Below, piece by piece: positions 1 to 9,449 of a stretch of 64,000 bases of DNA. Position numbers and translations under genes: made by a program. The notes under the pieces were generated by a model. The model was not told the DNA's origin, did not search any database, and worked only from the letters and a program-made list of their open reading frames with translations. Position 1 is the stretch's first letter; every line of letters starts with the position of its first letter. Origin of the DNA: Nitrospirota bacterium (GTDB lineage: Bacteria > Nitrospirota > Nitrospiria > Nitrospirales > Nitrospiraceae); assembly GCA_963703955.1 (NCBI GenBank), contig CAVPGK010000017.1:32001-96000 (forward strand), written 5' to 3'.

Positions 1-10
1 AGATCACGCG

Positions 11-235
11 ATGCCCTGTCCACGTTGCCATGGGTTGATGGTGACTACCAAGTTGGAGGATAGGAAGGGCTCCATAAGCTTTGAAGCCTTACCCGGCTGG
101 CACTGCCTTGTCTGTGGCGAAGTGCTCGACCCTGGCATCATAGCCAATCGAAAAGGTCAACGGCATCCGACGCGTAGCCGGGCTCGTCCTCGGTATGGTG
201 CTTGGCTGGCGGGGACAGACGGTCTCAACGGCTAG
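11..235 (+). CDS. Small zinc-ribbon protein (CxxC...WxCxxCG), paralog family member 1
   Basis: CPRCHGLMV...WHCLVCGEVLD; three paralogs elsewhere in window. Confidence 0.75.
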   Translation: MPCPRCHGLMVTTKLEDRKGSISFEALPGWHCLVCGEVLDPGIIANRKGQRHPTRSRARPRYGAWLAGTDGLNG

Positions 236-254
236 CCAAAGAGGAAGATGCGAC

Positions 255-392
255 ATGATAGCTGATCTATCTAGAACAGAGACGACTGTTGTTCCGCTAT
301 GGGTCATTATCGTCTGGTTTGCGGTCACGGTCGTCGCAATACTGACGCTGATCATGGGGCTTCCGGTGGTGTCAGCCCATGCGGGATATTAA
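255..392 (+). CDS. Small single-pass membrane peptide
   Basis: GAGGAAG upstream of ATG; hydrophobic stretch LWVIIVWFAVTVVAILTLIMGL. Confidence 0.45.
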   Translation: MIADLSRTETTVVPLWVIIVWFAVTVVAILTLIMGLPVVSAHAGY

Positions 393-505
393 CGGCCTGG
401 AGCAACTCAGTGGAGCGATCACTGACGCCAGGTTTGCAGCGCCTCTCTGAATCGTCACCGGAGAGGGTGACCTCTGATGCGGGCAGGAGGCGGAAAGGGG
501 AGACC

Positions 506-871
506 ATGTCAACGAGAAAGATCGTCATTAACAAGAGCTATGGAAGCAAGAGCGACGGAGGGTTTTGTGTCAGTCACAGGGCATTTCTGCGGTTGCGAGA
601 CTTGGGCCAACGCGAGGCGCTCCAAGAACCTGACCTCGGTGCGTACTGGCCGAATGGGGCTTCTCCACGAGAGCCGAGTCTGAATATGTGCGGCGCGCTC
701 ATCCCCCGAGACGATCAGAAACTGGTGCAGGTCGTGGAGGAGCTAGGATCTGAGGCGAACGGCCACTGCGCGGAACTGAAGATTGTGCAGATTCCGAACG
801 ATGTCCATTGGCAGATCGAAACCGCCAACGGGGTGGAGCATGTGAGCGAGGTCCATCGTACGTGGAACTGA
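506..871 (+). CDS. Hypothetical protein resembling a phage-associated family (IVINKxYG...LVQVVEELG..ANG...HRTW)
   Basis: SD GGGGAG before ATG 506; motif pattern recalled, not searched. Confidence 0.6.
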   Translation: MSTRKIVINKSYGSKSDGGFCVSHRAFLRLRDLGQREALQEPDLGAYWPNGASPREPSLNMCGALIPRDDQKLVQVVEELGSEANGHCAELKIVQIPNDVHWQIETANGVEHVSEVHRTWN

Positions 872-1010
872 GGAACAGTCCGCCACCCACTCCGAGGCGT
901 TCCCTGCATGCATTGGCGAAAGGAGCAGTCAGGGTGCCCGTGCCCTTCATCGCATGGGCATCGTGACGAAACCCTAAACCCTCGGACCTGGACCAACAGG
1001 AAGGGGAGCG

Positions 1011-1517
1011 ATGCGAACCGATCGGTTCATAAGGAGCGCGGTCATCGTCACGTCATTGACGCTGATCCCGTGGCTCCCTGTGTTCCGTATACATGCAGCG
1101 GAGCAGCCTCCGAGAGTGGGTACGCCCTCCCAGGAGATATCAGAGACGATCACGGATGCGCAACCCTCTGTTCCGAGCGCCGCGCCTGTGGTGGGAGGCG
1201 CTCCGACTCAGGTCACATGGGTGGACGACATCATGGACGCGCTGGACATGCATTTCAAAGCGACCTATCCCACCGTCGATTTTGCCCCGTACCTGAAGAA
1301 GTTGACCCTGGTACGGGATGCCGTGAATCACGGCGATCGGCGAACGGTGAAGGTTGAGATGGGCATGTTCTTCACGATGCTCGCCAATCGGGCCGATGGC
1401 ATGAACAACGTCGCGGCGGATGAACTGGCCAACTTCGCGCTCGTGGTGATGCAGGTCCAGGAATACGGACCAGAGGCGTATGGGACAACGACTCCAAGGT
1501 CCGGGTCCGAGCAATAA
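1011..1517 (+). CDS. Exported hypothetical protein
   Basis: SD AAGGGGAG; signal-peptide-like N-terminus, similar to that of ORF 8451-8744. Confidence 0.65.
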   Translation: MRTDRFIRSAVIVTSLTLIPWLPVFRIHAAEQPPRVGTPSQEISETITDAQPSVPSAAPVVGGAPTQVTWVDDIMDALDMHFKATYPTVDFAPYLKKLTLVRDAVNHGDRRTVKVEMGMFFTMLANRADGMNNVAADELANFALVVMQVQEYGPEAYGTTTPRSGSEQ

Positions 1518-1570
1518 GGAGATTGATGTCAGGACGACCTTCTCCCCATACCTTCCCTAGGAGACCTTAT

Positions 1571-2371
1571 ATGTCCAGCAGAGTGGTCACAGTGCTGAGT
1601 CTAATCCTCGCCACGACCACGGGTCTGGTTTCCGCTGGCGTCTCCGGCTCGATGGTCATCGTCGGGAATGGCCCTGAACTCCCGACTATCGAACGACTGG
1701 CGCGGGCGTTTGAGAAGAGTCACCTCGGAAGCGTCGTGGAGATCCAATGGGATCAATATTCGGACCCGATTGCAATGGTCAAGGCGGGTGATGCGCATGT
1801 GGCTGTGACTGGACGAACAGCCCCGAACTTGGCCGCGATCCCGATTGCCTGGGACGGGATTGCACTGGTCGTCTACATCGCGAACCCAACGAAAGAGGTC
1901 ACCACACAACAGGTGGCCGCTATCTTCTCGGGCAAGGTGAAGCGGTGGGCAGAACTGAGCGGACAGGAAACCGCTATTCAACTGATCGATCGTCCGCTGA
2001 ACCAAAATATCCGCCAGAGCTTTGAGGAAACGCTTGGTATTGTGGGCCAGATTCCTCCATCGGCACAGGTGATTCGATCCGACCAGAAAGCGATGAGCAC
2101 GGTGGCAGGCAGCCTCTCTGCAGTGGCTTATGCCTCGCTGAGGCCGGCGCTCGATGCCGTGAAGTACGGGGTGGATGTCAGTTTACTTGTGATTGACCGG
2201 GTCGAGGCGGCTGAAGAGACGGTCAGAGACGGACGGTATACGCTTCGTCGCCCGGTGCTTCTGCTGTCAAGAAAGGAGCCGAACCCCGTTGCTGAAGCCT
2301 TTGCCGCCTTTGCGCTTTCGACAGAAGGTCAGGAGATCGTAAACGAGCTGTTTACTCCCTACCGTCCCTGA
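1571..2371 (+). CDS. PstS-like periplasmic substrate-binding protein (PBP2 fold)
   Basis: Signal peptide; IAWDGIALVV..ANP, IFSGKVKRWAEL and Y.L.RP motifs typical of PstS-like proteins. Confidence 0.75.
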   Translation: MSSRVVTVLSLILATTTGLVSAGVSGSMVIVGNGPELPTIERLARAFEKSHLGSVVEIQWDQYSDPIAMVKAGDAHVAVTGRTAPNLAAIPIAWDGIALVVYIANPTKEVTTQQVAAIFSGKVKRWAELSGQETAIQLIDRPLNQNIRQSFEETLGIVGQIPPSAQVIRSDQKAMSTVAGSLSAVAYASLRPALDAVKYGVDVSLLVIDRVEAAEETVRDGRYTLRRPVLLLSRKEPNPVAEAFAAFALSTEGQEIVNELFTPYRP

Positions 2372-2573
2372 GAATAGAAGACAAGGAGAGGACTAGTGAA
2401 CTTACGTAGTTGGTTACGTTTCAAAAAGAATGGCATGCCTCTTTGCGTAACAATTTGGAACGGAAGATGAGACGGTTGGGCCGCCGGGTCTTGTGTGGTC
2501 ACGATAGTCTCTTCTGACTCTATATGCGCGCGTAAGTCATTAAGAAGGCACCTGTGCGGAAGGAGATAAAGAC

Positions 2574-3086
2574 ATGAACGAAGAGGACAAATCACATCTC
2601 GAATCCATCATGAATAAGTTTGAAAAGAAGTTGGCGAAATCGACAGATGCAAAAGAACAACGACAATCAGAAGAAAATGTCTTCTATAGTGAGTTTAAGC
2701 GACTTCGGACGCAGGTCATTCGTCCTGCAATGGAAGATATTGGAAGCGCGCTGAAAGCCAGAGGCCACAATTCCGAAATATCAGAAGTCGGCGATGAGAG
2801 AAGCAAACGAGATGCAAAAATAACCATGAGCATAACGATCGGGGGAGTTCCGAGCTCTGCCTATGCACCCGAAAACACTGTGTCGATTTCCTTTTCTCAT
2901 GCGGGGCACACGACAATCTCCGTTCAGGCGAGCACGCCGATTAGAAACAGGAGTGGATTCGCGAGATCGCGGGGGAATTATGCCGTGTCTGAAATTACGA
3001 CGGAGTTGGTGGAGAAAAGAATTCTCGAGGTTCTAGAGGAGGTATTTGCCCAAGATAGCAATGAGCTCGCGAAGCGAGGCATCTAA
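2574..3086 (+). CDS. Hypothetical protein
   Basis: 170-aa ORF with AAGGAG SD; lower GC than flanks. Confidence 0.65.
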   Translation: MNEEDKSHLESIMNKFEKKLAKSTDAKEQRQSEENVFYSEFKRLRTQVIRPAMEDIGSALKARGHNSEISEVGDERSKRDAKITMSITIGGVPSSAYAPENTVSISFSHAGHTTISVQASTPIRNRSGFARSRGNYAVSEITTELVEKRILEVLEEVFAQDSNELAKRGI

Positions 3087-3183
3087 CAATGCGGGATCGG
3101 ACACTCCGAACTAACTCAGAGGATCTTCTAATCTGTGGTCATGTTTGTGCTCAACTCCATCTCACTGCACAACAGTGCTTCGG

Positions 3184-3411
3184 CATCTCGCATTAGCACG
3201 GGCCGAGATAATGGAGATGCTCTCGGTGAACCGGGTGGTCAAGGAGAAGGTGGAGCAAGAGCATAATCGGGTGCTCTCCCTCGCTGGGGCATGCCTCGCG
3301 GACGGAGCCGGAACGACGACGGCGATGGATGAATTGAAAGCGGCGCGGACCATGCTGAAAACCAAGACCATGGCCTTGAGTGATTTGCTCGCGGTCTTTC
3401 GAGCCGCCTGA
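3184..3411 (+). pseudogene. 3' fragment of the hypothetical gene at 39700-40068
   Basis: Near-identical to 39841-40068; 5' part absent. Confidence 0.75.
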
Positions 3412-3487
3412 CAATATGCCAGTTGCTCAGGTGGCAGGGATCAGAACCTAGACGAGGTCACTATTTAGGAAGGTAAAAGGAGCAGTT

Positions 3488-3928
3488 ATGACCACACGAA
3501 ATTTTGTGCTGACAATAGGCATTCTCTATCTACTGATCGGACTACTGGGCTTCTTCCCCGCGCTGGTCTCGGCACCCCCCGCTGGTGCACCAAGTGTGTG
3601 GGTCGAGAGCGCCTACGGGTATCTCTTCGGGCTGTTTCCCGTGAACGCGCTCCATAACCTCGTGCACCTCATGATCGGAATCTGGGCCCTCGGCGCCTAT
3701 CGCAGCCTCTCAAGATCGACCCTCTTTGCACGTGGGATCGCGATCCTCTTCGGCCTGCTGACGGTCATGGGATTGATCCCGGCATTGAACACCACGCTTG
3801 GTCTGATTCCCATCTTTGGACACGCGGTGTGGTTGCACGCCGCCACGGCGGCGATCGCTGCCTACTTCGGATATGTGCGTGCCGCGGAAGTCCTGCCGCT
3901 GGAGTGGCAGACGCACCGGGCGTCCTGA
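3488..3928 (+). CDS. DUF4383-like 4-TM membrane protein
   Basis: GLFPVNALHNLVHL and WLHAATA motifs; SD AAGGAG; paralog at 38516. Confidence 0.8.
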   Translation: MTTRNFVLTIGILYLLIGLLGFFPALVSAPPAGAPSVWVESAYGYLFGLFPVNALHNLVHLMIGIWALGAYRSLSRSTLFARGIAILFGLLTVMGLIPALNTTLGLIPIFGHAVWLHAATAAIAAYFGYVRAAEVLPLEWQTHRAS

Positions 3929-3937
3929 AATCGTGTC

Positions 3938-3963
3938 GCCGGCAAGCGTAAAGGCTTGCCGGC
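3938..3963 (+). terminator. 10-bp GC hairpin after DUF4383 gene (no U-tract)
   Basis: GCCGGCAAGC-N6-GCTTGCCGGC; same stem at 38966-38991. Confidence 0.5.
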
Positions 3964-4011
3964 TTCGCCGGCCCCATCGAGGAGATGGGCAATAGGAACA
4001 GGGAGAGCATC

Positions 4012-4317
4012 ATGAACAACACGCGACGGACTTACCTACTGACGCTTAATTCGCCATCCCAAAGACCCCTTAGGCTCTGGACAGGCAAGAGTATCCATAC
4101 CCTGCGCCACTGCTCGGTCAAAGAGATCGGAGGTGCGCTGGTTGAGATGCAAAAGAGTCTGGATGATCTGCAAAAGTGCATGCGGACGCTTCAACACGTG
4201 AAGGAGCAGTTGGTGTCTGAGTCAACGGACGGGGTCGGCGGGACCCGGAAAAAGGATAATGAATCATTGAAGGCGGCCGCTCGGTTTTCGGAGTTCTGGG
4301 CTTCTTCCACGCGCTGA
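4012..4317 (+). CDS. Hypothetical protein (paralog of 40301-40729)
   Basis: Near-identical N-terminal ~90 aa in two copies; SD GGGAG. Confidence 0.55.
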   Translation: MNNTRRTYLLTLNSPSQRPLRLWTGKSIHTLRHCSVKEIGGALVEMQKSLDDLQKCMRTLQHVKEQLVSESTDGVGGTRKKDNESLKAAARFSEFWASSTR

Positions 4318-4731
4318 TTTCGGCACCACCCCCCCCTGGTGCACCAAGTGTGTGGGTCGATAGCGCACGCCTGCAGCTATCTCCTTGGGGGCTGTTTCCC
4401 GTAAACCCGCTCCATAACCTCGTGTAGTGCCCGATCAGGGAAGGGCCTCCAGAGAACTGAAAGAGGCGATCATAGGCCGGACGAATCGACGTGGCCCATT
4501 CTTTCGAAACATCAGCCAGAAAGGTGATCCTCACGGAGGGAAGGGCCGAGGAAGGTCCAGGACATAAAGGGGGGTTAAGGAGCCAGCATGACGAGTCTTG
4601 ACTTGCACTCGACGACAGCCAGAGACAGGAGCCCGACCGATGGAACGCCACGGCCGCTGCTAGCCAGAAGCGATCGATAAGGTCATACAGTCGGATCACG
4701 GTGCAGTTCGAGAAAACAAAAGGAGGGCGAC

Positions 4732-4971
4732 ATGAACCACGAGCAATTCAAACAGAGTTGGTGCCAACTTGAGGGACATCTTAAGAAGCACTGGGAAAAA
4801 CTCACGAAGGACGATCTTGCACGGATTGATGGCGATTTAGATACATTCAACAGCGCCATCGAACAGCGTTACGGCGAGATGAAGGGAGAGGTCAGCAAGT
4901 GGGCGGACCGATGGTATGCCCGGTGGACCGGGTGGTATGAAGGGTACGAAGAGGCGAAACCGACCTCTTGA
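4732..4971 (+). CDS. CsbD/YjbJ-family stress protein
   Basis: W.QL.G.LK..W.KLT.DDL..I.G motif; SD AGGAGG. Confidence 0.8.
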   Translation: MNHEQFKQSWCQLEGHLKKHWEKLTKDDLARIDGDLDTFNSAIEQRYGEMKGEVSKWADRWYARWTGWYEGYEEAKPTS

Positions 4972-5083
4972 GTGGTTGAACCAAGTCCACCGCCTTGGAT
5001 TTTGCTGATGTGGGTTCGTCACGATTCGCTCGTTCCACAGCGGGCCAGTCGATGGGACCCTTTGTCTCGGCAACGGCGAGAAA

Positions 5084-5225
5084 ATGGAGGCCCACGATGT
5101 GATCGCCACCAACTGGATAGGCGACCTGTGGCTCATTGAGGGCGGATTACATACGGGAAAACAGATCGTGGTGGACAGCTTTCAAGGGGTAATGCCGGGA
5201 ACGGTTGTGAAACTGTTCCCTCTGC
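5084..5225 (+). pseudogene. C-terminal remnant of an RND efflux membrane-fusion protein
   Basis: WLIEGGLHTGKQIVVD..Q.V.PG..VK resembles the AcrA-type C-terminus. Confidence 0.5.
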
Positions 5226-5325
5226 TGAGAACAAGGGCCGTAGCCAATACCCACCTATACAAGCCCAACAATGAGAGAAGATCGGGAAGACGTGCAACCT
5301 CTAGTCTGAACAAGAGAAGCCTCAC

Positions 5326-6108
5326 ATGGAGTTAATGTTCAGTCCGATAATCGTGCTGGTCTTGCTGGCTCTTCTCGTGGCGATGGGTTTCCATGTGCTG
5401 CGCGAATATGAGCGGGCCGTGATCTTTCGGTTTGGAAGAGTGGCGCGCGGCCTCGTCGGCGGGAACGGACCCGGGGTCGTGGTCATCATTCCACTTGTCG
5501 ACAAGCTGGTGCGCGTGAGCCTCCGGACCGTCGCCATGGACGTGCCGCCGCAAGACGTCATTACGAGGGATAACGTGTCCGTGAAGGTCAACGCCGTCAT
5601 TTATTTCCGTGTCGTCGACCAGCAGCGAGCGATTATCCAGATTCAGGACTACCTCTATGCGACGTCGATGATGGCCCAGACCACGCTCCGCAGCGTCCTC
5701 GGCCAGAGTCAGCTCGATGATCTGCTGGCCAAGCGGGAAGAGCTCAACAGCAAGCTCCAGCTCATCCTTGACCAGCAGACAGAGCCCTGGGGCGTGAAGG
5801 TCTCGGCGGTCGAGGTGAAAAACGTGGACCTTGCCCAGGAGATGCAGCGCGTGATCGCCAAGCAGGCCGAAGCGGAACGTGAGCGGCGGTCCAAGGTCAT
5901 TCACGCCGAGGGCGAATACCAGGCTGCACAACGCCTGGCCGATGCGGCCAATATCATGAGCCAGAACCCGGTCGCGCTCCAATTGCGGTATCTGCAGACT
6001 TTGGTGGAGGTCGCCGCTGAAAAGAACTCGACCACGATCTTTCCGATCCCCATTGACATGCTCACGCCCTTCATCCAAGGGCTGCAGAAACGCGAACCAG
6101 CGGGGTAA
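5326..6108 (+). CDS. SPFH/stomatin (slipin) family protein
   Basis: [42 protein letters not shown]. Confidence 0.95.
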   Translation: MELMFSPIIVLVLLALLVAMGFHVLREYERAVIFRFGRVARGLVGGNGPGVVVIIPLVDKLVRVSLRTVAMDVPPQDVITRDNVSVKVNAVIYFRVVDQQRAIIQIQDYLYATSMMAQTTLRSVLGQSQLDDLLAKREELNSKLQLILDQQTEPWGVKVSAVEVKNVDLAQEMQRVIAKQAEAERERRSKVIHAEGEYQAAQRLADAANIMSQNPVALQLRYLQTLVEVAAEKNSTTIFPIPIDMLTPFIQGLQKREPAG

Positions 6109-6150
6109 AGGGAAAAGGATGGCAATTCTGCCACTCGAAGACAACAGCCC

Positions 6151-6663
6151 ATGGACAAAATAGATAGAGAATTGGAACGAAGTCCCTTAAGCCGCCGGTG
6201 GATCTTCGATCGTCCAGTGAGTGGAACTACGATCGGATTGATGGAGGCTCTCGACGGGTGGGGCTATATCACGGCAGGGGTCAGTTTCCTGGCGATCGGC
6301 ATGGTGGTCTTCGTCCATGCCTGGTACATCTTCGCGACGACGGCCGGTTCGGCGGTGCTTCCTGCGGTGCTGGCACTCGTCCATGATCTCTTGCTGGTGA
6401 TCATCCTGCTGGAACTCTTTCGCACCATCATTAACTTTCTGAAGACCCAAATGATCACGCTGGAGCCGTTCCTGTACATCTGCGTTATTGCGTCCACCCG
6501 ACGCATCCTCACTACGGGAGCCCAGATTGCCTATATGGAAGATCTGACCGATCAGGTGTTCCACCGCTATCTTCTAGACCTGGGTGCCAATGTGTTGGTC
6601 ATCGTCGCGCTGGTTGTGGCGGTGTATATGGCACGCAAGTCTCAGCCGGCATCGCCTAAGTGA
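6151..6663 (+). CDS. PsiE-family membrane protein
   Basis: LLVIILLELFRT...EPFL...IAS.RRIL motif. Confidence 0.75.
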   Translation: MDKIDRELERSPLSRRWIFDRPVSGTTIGLMEALDGWGYITAGVSFLAIGMVVFVHAWYIFATTAGSAVLPAVLALVHDLLLVIILLELFRTIINFLKTQMITLEPFLYICVIASTRRILTTGAQIAYMEDLTDQVFHRYLLDLGANVLVIVALVVAVYMARKSQPASPK

Positions 6664-6880
6664 AGGTGAGAGGGCATCAGCCTCAGTGAGTCGGTCTGTT
6701 CAGAACGGGTTGTCAGACGTCAGCCAAAGATAAGGTTTTCGTGAGGTGTCGCTGACCCTTCGGGACGCGGCGGGCATTGGGCAATTCTGCTTAAATCGGA
6801 AACTCGATCTCGAAAGAGCGACAAGTGTTTGTCGAGAATTTCCCCATCGGCTCCTTCACGCCTTAAGGGGCACGGTCAAA

Positions 6881-7282
6881 CTATTTCTTTTTCTCACAAA
6901 GCTCAACGATAGCTTCGAGTCTGCCATCTTGTGGACTGATCATAAGAAGCATCCCCTTATGCTCTGGGTCTCTTTTAAAGAAGGTGGCAAAATCCTCTTG
7001 ATACAAGCTTTCCTCGATCCTTGTATCGCCACTCTTGCTATCATAAACTTTTTCGTGGATAAAAGCGGTTACAGTCTGAGTGCCATTTGATCGCATGTTG
7101 CTTGTCACTCTCCAGAATATACGACCTGGATCGACAGACCCTTTTGCTTTATCCATTTTAACGTTAGAACATAATTTGGTTCCTTTCTTCACCTCGACGT
7201 TATTGCCTTTATCAATAAATTCAGCTAAGCCTAGAATGGGAAATCCAATTAGGATTGGAACCAAAAGCAGGTACCTTAACAT
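6881..7282 (-). CDS. Exported hypothetical protein (low GC)
   Basis: Signal-peptide-like N-terminus; GAGG SD. Confidence 0.55.
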   Translation of the reverse strand: MLRYLLLVPILIGFPILGLAEFIDKGNNVEVKKGTKLCSNVKMDKAKGSVDPGRIFWRVTSNMRSNGTQTVTAFIHEKVYDSKSGDTRIEESLYQEDFATFFKRDPEHKGMLLMISPQDGRLEAIVELCEKKK

Positions 7283-7486
7283 GCGATAACCTCTCTGCAA
7301 TTGGGTTTAGAAAGATTTTCCTTGGATGATCATAAGGATACGCTAAACCCCTAGAAAAAATCGACGTGAGTTGCCCGCGTTGTTCCTGGAGGTGGCAAAC
7401 TAACCATGTGGATAGGACAAGCCGATGACGGGTCGCAAGGTGAATGGAATATGAGAAATAAGTGTGATCGAAGAATGAAGGCAGCT

Positions 7487-7777
7487 CTAGTCGTAGAAGG
7501 TTTCCGGAATCTGAAAATGGTGAAATCGCTCGGCTGGAACATCGAATGATGTCTTGCAATGCGGACATTGACCATGTATGCGCCCTAGACGGGGCTCGGT
7601 GGATAGTACTGTGGTCTCAGCAGTGCCTTGCGTGACATCACGATACATTGGGCAGTGCCGTTCACAAACGGGGCAGACAATACCCCAATACCATTCGCCG
7701 ACCAGTGGTGTTTCCATAAGCATTGGTCTTCCATTATTTGAGAGATCCGCCATGCTAGGTCTCTCCTCAGGTGTCAT
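7487..7777 (-). CDS. Hypothetical protein with two CxxC pairs
   Basis: CPVC and CPHC; AGGAG SD. Confidence 0.55.
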   Translation of the reverse strand: MTPEERPSMADLSNNGRPMLMETPLVGEWYWGIVCPVCERHCPMYRDVTQGTAETTVLSTEPRLGRIHGQCPHCKTSFDVPAERFHHFQIPETFYD

Positions 7778-7889
7778 GGTAACTTCTCCTTACCAGTGGC
7801 GCCCTCTCATGTGATGTTAGGAAAAGGCTCGGATGCGGTCGAGTGACTCAGACTGGTGCATCATCTGACCTAGACAAAGCCGTTTATCT

Positions 7890-8072
7890 CTAGAGGGGCG
7901 CTTGCGGTCCCGGTTTCATACCGGCAAGGTCTGGATCCGCCCCGGTGTCTGGTCGAACGTGTGCCGCCTTCTCGTCTTTTCGCTGGACCCGACGCGACTC
8001 TTTCTCTCGCTGTTTGGCTCGTCGATCACGCTCGTGAGCTTGTTTTGCGACGGTCATTGTGTATGGCTTCAT
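7890..8072 (-). CDS. Small basic hypothetical protein (ends DPDLAGMKPGPQAPL)
   Basis: Identical protein at 50987-51169. Confidence 0.6.
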   Translation of the reverse strand: MKPYTMTVAKQAHERDRRAKQREKESRRVQRKDEKAAHVRPDTGADPDLAGMKPGPQAPL

Positions 8073-8077
8073 GGTGC

Positions 8078-8353
8078 TTAACACCTTAGATCACGAATAA
8101 GTTGCTCCATCTGTCCGCGGATCTGTTTCATTGAGCTTGGATCTTCTATGAAATCGTACAGATCATCCTCGGAAAGTGATAAGCTCAGGGTTCTTGTTTT
8201 GTTCGAAATGGCGATTTGAAAGATCCCATTTGCCGTCTCTTGCGAAATCTTACACATGAGCTGGGGATTCATAGACGTGACCATCTCGCTCAACTGCTTT
8301 TTGGCCTTGTCCAGATCAGACAGTGTCGAATTCGTATTCAGGGTGGTCACCAT
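8078..8353 (-). CDS. Hypothetical protein
   Basis: Identical protein at 50706-50981; AAGGA SD. Confidence 0.65.
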   Translation of the reverse strand: MVTTLNTNSTLSDLDKAKKQLSEMVTSMNPQLMCKISQETANGIFQIAISNKTRTLSLSLSEDDLYDFIEDPSSMKQIRGQMEQLIRDLRC

Positions 8354-8450
8354 TTCCTTTCTGCGGTTCCCGGACTATTTCAATGCCTCCCTCTTGCCCC
8401 ATCCTTCCGCGCTATCGAGAAAGACGGGGCATAGAGAGAGCCGACTACGC

Positions 8451-8744
8451 TCACTGAGCCGGTACTGATTGGATCGACGTCCGGGTCTCTTCGTCCCGCC
8501 TGCAGCCTTGTTCAGCGATCATCCGCTGGCCGGCACTGGCGTCGGTGGGAACTCTGGCCATGCAGGCCTTCAGCGTGTCCTCGGCTGCGCCTGATGCCAC
8601 GACGTCGATGTTTTCCGCCGGAGCGAAAAGAATGGCCGCTCCGGATGCTTGATCCGCCGCGTATGTTGGCAGCGCAGGAAGCCACGCGATCACCGCCAGC
8701 GACCCGACCATCAGCATGTGCTGTATGAACCGATTGGTTTTCAT
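8451..8744 (-). CDS. Small exported protein with a Cys pair (LKACMAR...AEQGCRR)
   Basis: GGAGGTAGGA SD; signal peptide; downstream of leader motif copy 1. Confidence 0.65.
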   Translation of the reverse strand: MKTNRFIQHMLMVGSLAVIAWLPALPTYAADQASGAAILFAPAENIDVVASGAAEDTLKACMARVPTDASAGQRMIAEQGCRRDEETRTSIQSVPAQ

Positions 8745-8873
8745 AGTCCTACCTCCCGTGTACGCAGACCTCAGAGGTGGTGCTTCGCCGCGAGGCCCCC
8801 GACGACGAAGCGCTCGCTTGTCCTCATCCAGTGAAATCCTGGGAAGGCAAGCTGCAAAACATCTGTGGCGGAG

Positions 8874-8963
8874 GAGCGGCGGAGACTGGGAAATCGGTCG
8901 CGCAGGGGAAGACGAATCAGAAGGCGCGAGGGACAGGACAGCCAACGGGGCTCAACACGTCAT
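8874..8963 (-). ncRNA. Structured 5'-leader motif copy 1 (ATG ACG TGT TGA + three-stem hairpin)
   Basis: TTGACC-17-TAGCAT-6-ATG; stems GAGC/GCTC, GGCTG/CAGTC, TCGCGC/GCGCGA. Confidence 0.7.
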
Positions 8964-9449
8964 GAATGGATGCTACGCCGAGAGAGGCGCTGGGTCAAGC
9001 GGTATTATGAAGTGGGTAACGTCAAGTTCTCTGTGCAAATTCGCGAAGTGCATAGACGATCCGATTACAGGGCCGGGTGTTGCAAGTCAGTTGGTCGCTC
9101 TTGATTGACCCGGATGGCGACAACATCTGCTCCCCCGCTCCAACGGCACTCTGATCCTTCCCTTATGGAAGCCTATCTCGCGACACTCGTCGCCACCCCT
9201 GACGGCAGGCACCGCGTTCCTGTGCATCGAGACTCCCTCCAGATCCGCGCGCGCCAGTGGGCGTTCGGCCCCGACCAGGTCTCCCAGGCAGCCAGCCCAC
9301 GGCTGGTGTCCATCTAAGAAATACATCCATTTCCCCGCTGATCAGCGGGTGATTTCTCATATCGAAAAGGGTATCCTTCTGAGCTAATTGCCTCGTGGAA
9401 ACCCCTAGCCTGTTCTGGTGTTCGCCGGACCGGCAAAAGGTGTATTTAC

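Larger units (their letters stand above)
7808..8372. repeat. ~565-bp near-identical inverted duplicate of 50688-51251
   Basis: Direct comparison; only a few substitutions seen, encoded proteins identical. Confidence 0.95.

Noticed and set aside
8874..8963. CsrA-binding GGA-rich sRNA on the opposite strand
   Set aside because: G-U pairs and promoters support the pyrimidine-rich strand; the opposite strand would have A-C mismatches
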